DNA of 53,502 nucleotides, filler included, from Circinaria calcarea (Eukaryota): NCBI GenBank assembly GCA_051942165.1. It is 4 parts of 4 records of this genome, joined end to end, with 100 filler letters (N's around TTAATTAATTAA, not from the genome) between each part and the next. Parts side by side here need not be neighbours in the genome. Positions count along the whole stretch, not along the records: positions 40,210 to 53,502 come from JAVECS010000515.1; 3 more parts are not named here. One strand, 5' to 3'. Shown piece by piece: positions 50,351 to 53,502 of this stretch (position 1 is its first letter; each line of letters starts with the position of its first letter). The notes under the pieces were generated by a model. It saw only the letters and a program-made list of their open reading frames with translations, ran no database searches and was not told where the DNA came from. The position numbers and the translations under genes were made by a program.

Positions 50351-50980
50351 TCATCTCCAGTAACGGCTAGAGTAATAGTCTTTCGGAGGTACAGCTGGGG
50401 CTCGGGAGACACGGTAGTAGATTGGTGCGTTGCTCGAGTAATACTGTTCCCGCTCCTTCATATCTGACTCAAACATGCTGCCTCGGCCAATGTACCGTTT
50501 GTTGGGATCTCGCCGTGGTGGACTAGCTGTTCGGGGAGGCAGAGAAGTCTCCAGTCTCGGCTGGACATGTCGGCTGTCGCCTTCCGGAACAGGACGAGAT
50601 GAGACGTAGTAGGTTCGGTCATGGCTGACGGGAGGGCTCTTCATGATGCGCAGACCGCGTTCCATGGCTTTCAGCAGTGATCGGACTGACTCACATCCCA
50701 CCGGAATCTCGATCTGGACTCGTTGGTTGCCTTCGCGGTCCACGAGGGAGTAAGCTTGGCCGGCCTTGCTGTAGACATACTGAGCAACATCGAGAGCACG
50801 CTGGTGACCTTTGGGGCACAGGGTCCCCCCACGACGGTAGACCTCGTATGGCCTAGCACATGACTGGCAGTGGGATGCATGGTGAGCAAAGGATTTCATG
50901 ACGTAGGCCTCGTCATCACGAGGAAGACGGGAATATGCGGGAATTGGGTTGAGGCTGACTCGCCGTATAAACGACGGCAT
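50351..50980 (-). CDS. Conserved fungal hypothetical protein with a His/Cys cluster (possible metal-binding)
   Basis: MPSFIRRVSL...DDEAYVMKSFAHHASHCQSCARPY...LCPKGHQRALDVAQYVY...VQIEIPVGCESVRSLLKAMERGLR. Confidence 0.75.
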   Translation of the reverse strand: MPSFIRRVSLNPIPAYSRLPRDDEAYVMKSFAHHASHCQSCARPYEVYRRGGTLCPKGHQRALDVAQYVYSKAGQAYSLVDREGNQRVQIEIPVGCESVRSLLKAMERGLRIMKSPPVSHDRTYYVSSRPVPEGDSRHVQPRLETSLPPRTASPPRRDPNKRYIGRGSMFESDMKEREQYYSSNAPIYYRVSRAPAVPPKDYYSSRYWR

Positions 50981-53502
50981 TGTGGATTCGGGCGAGCCTG
51001 GTGGCTCGGGTGGGTCGACAATGGTAGTGTAGGGTGGTTGCAGTGCGTCTTCGGGGTCGTAACCAAAGTCGTCGTCGTCAGGCTCAGATCGCCGCAACGG
51101 CAAAGGTGGCGTATAGTAGTGAAAGGCTGTCTGAGAACGAAAAGGAGACAGTTTGGCTATTACAAGATTGGAGAACCCGCTCGTGGGATCAGAAAGAAGT
51201 CCAGAGACAGATTGAATTGAACAGATATATGGCTCGGTAGGTTGGTAACACAATCGAGAGATGCTTTCTGTGGGTGTTGAGATTGACTGGGGTGTTGGTT
51301 GGTGTACGGATGAGTGTTGGTACAGAATGGGTAACAGGGTTGAATGGTTGAAAGTGGGAATGAGCAAGGACAACAGTTGGGATTGAAGGGTTGAAGCAGT
51401 TATGGGTTGTTATACATGAATGAAGGTGAGAGGGAGGGGGAGGAGAAGGAGGTTGATATCAGAATGATAAAGGGCTGCATGGATGCCTTGCCCGGACTAG
51501 GCCGGATCGGAGCAAAGCCCTTAGGGCCCAGTCAGACGACTAAGACCAGTCAGACACCGGTGATTGGATGCGACGGCATTATTAAAGGTGCACCCACCAC
51601 CCCTGTCCACACCGAATGGCCGAGACTTTCAGTATTCGTCAACCATCGTCGACGTTAATTTTGGCAGTAAACGGTCAAATAGGCACATTGGGGAGGTTTG
51701 CGACTAAGGAATAGGCTTGACAATGACTGACAGGTTCGCCGATCCCCACGCTGTGACTGGACAACGTTGGCGAATTCGGCCTTGCGCCATTGGTGCAGTG
51801 TAACTGCGATGGGAATCTCGACGAGCGATTCGTATCGTGGACAGGCCGAGTGGGTAGTGATCTTTGGTCACATTACGAATCACAGATTAGGCGAAGATGA
51901 TGGAGGGGAACAATGAAAGCTGAAGAGTGAGAAGGTCGATGCCGATGGTGGAGAGAGGTGGTCGTGCTCCGCCTCAGCCCTGGCGGGTGGCTTGGAGGAA
52001 GTAGAACCGACCAAGAGAACTACAGTAACTGTACACCCTCCTGTAGCATTGTGTCCATGTGGAGGCTGTGGGCAATGAGGATAATTGGCCTTGACCGCTG
52101 GAGCGGCAATGGTTTGGCTACAGATGATTATGCATTGATAGAATCAGCCAATATCCGGAGTAGAGGTGAAGGCGATATGGATGGATACGGATATGTAATC
52201 CACGACACGCCACCCCCAAACGCACCGACTGCAACCGCCGGGTAAGGCAGATTTACGCACGTGCACGGGCCAACCGGCATTCTGATGATGACGGTTCTTG
52301 GCCCGTTCCCCTTCCGGCCACTGCTTCGTCCGAAGATACGACGAGGCTCTTCATCTGAGTTCCTCATCGTTTCTATGCTCGGGTGACCGATATCCTAAGC
52401 AAAATGCAGGTGGTTGCGTAAGCTATGGTATTGGAAACAGAAGATACGGCCGTTGTCAAACAGCCAACGCCAACGCCAACCAAAGCAACACCTATGCTTG
52501 GTAACTCCTCTACTGAACCCACTCAAGTTCCGGTAGTAGCAACGGTGAGAGAACCACGACCAGGAGTTGGCTTGGTCATGGAGCTATTCGACGGCGAGGA
52601 AGGTGTCGCCAGAATTACCCGCACTCCAGATCGGGACCTAATTGATCGACGACCCTACCAATCCCAGTCGGCATTGTAATGTTCCTATAGAACTGTGGTT
52701 GACCGACCTGCTTGGACCTGAGCAAGTCCCCCACTCACTCGCTTCCCTTTTCTTGTTTCTTTTGCAATACCAATCAGTCTTTGCTTTTGTGGTCAGTTGA
52801 GACTGTCACCGGTGACAATACCATCCATGGGACCACGGTCAGTCCGGGTATTGACTGCTCCGTCAGCCTACTCACAATCGACAGAGACAAGGCAATCGAG
52901 GCGGACTGAGGTATTTTCATCTTCATCCTCCCCCACCCCCCCGGATCAGAATCATCAGTCTCCAAGAATGAGGGATAATAGCCTTCACCGGTTCACTCTA
53001 CGCCTCAGACACCCGCCTAACTTTCGCCCCCACGGCCTTTTAGCTCTTCTTTTGGGTGGTGGTGTCCTTTAGCCAGGCTAAACAGGACAGTGACCTTTCC
53101 CATTCAGTCTCCAGTCTAGCGTTACGTCTCCTTCACCGATCATTCTCAAAGTAACCTTATCACCACAGTCCAAAATGGCTTCTTCCCATGGAAACATCGA
53201 TCCAATTCCATTCACGTATCCCTTCAGCTTCAGAGGAAGCCTTTTCTCATCCGCATTAGCCGAGACCTGTTTCCCAAAATGTCACCCTGTAGAAATACTG
53301 ACGCCTTACGTCTTCCTCAAGCCTCCCTAGCCATAAGAGCCTCGTTCCGAATCCATATTAATAGCCTTTTTTTCTCTGAAAGTGCAGTTTCAGTTCTCGT
53401 CAGACTTCAAACCCTTTTCTCCATATTATATCAAACTACAAAGTAGCTCTAATCCCACTCTTCATACATCACATCCTACCCTAACCCCCTAACCCCCTAA
53501 TC

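Noticed and set aside
52400..53460. Possible RIP-degraded minus-strand gene (e.g. GYVNGIGSMFPWEEAILDCG...)
   Set aside because: All frames contain many stops and no family is recognisable. It cannot be told apart from non-coding DNA without BLASTX.
53476..53502. CCCTAA-like units at the window end as a telomere
   Set aside because: Only about 3 imperfect units, and in the wrong orientation for a right-hand chromosome end (TTAGGG expected on the + strand).

Overview
Intron-rich genomic DNA of a filamentous ascomycete (Pezizomycotina; the species cannot be determined from this sequence). The window is not one locus. It is four contigs of near-equal, descending length (1-13308, 13409-26714, 26815-40109, 40210-53502) joined by artificial N44-TTAATTAATTAA-N44 linkers, so adjacency across the linkers means nothing. 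Contigs 1 and 2 are mostly housekeeping: a Gfo/Idh/MocA dehydrogenase, PCF11, an I9 protease inhibitor, a Hook dynein adaptor, HEM13, ATG8, a double-GNAT acetyltransferase, PUF6, RAD51 and conserved hypotheticals. Contig 3 looks accessory: an MFS-like fragment, a Cys-rich single-pass membrane protein, a decayed membrane-protein gene, a helical-domain + ankyrin protein, repeats, an F-box-like/DQGW-domain protein and the most notable gene, a secreted precursor with a repetitive acidic pro-region and a cationic 8-Cys mature peptide (candidate new antimicrobial/effector peptide). Contig 4 holds ENP2/NOL10 (5' truncated), a pepsin-fold membrane protein lacking both catalytic Asp, a repeat-rich GPI-type cell-wall protein, a frameshifted 2EXR gene and a conserved His/Cys protein. 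All calls come from reading the translations and splice signals by eye; no database searches were run.
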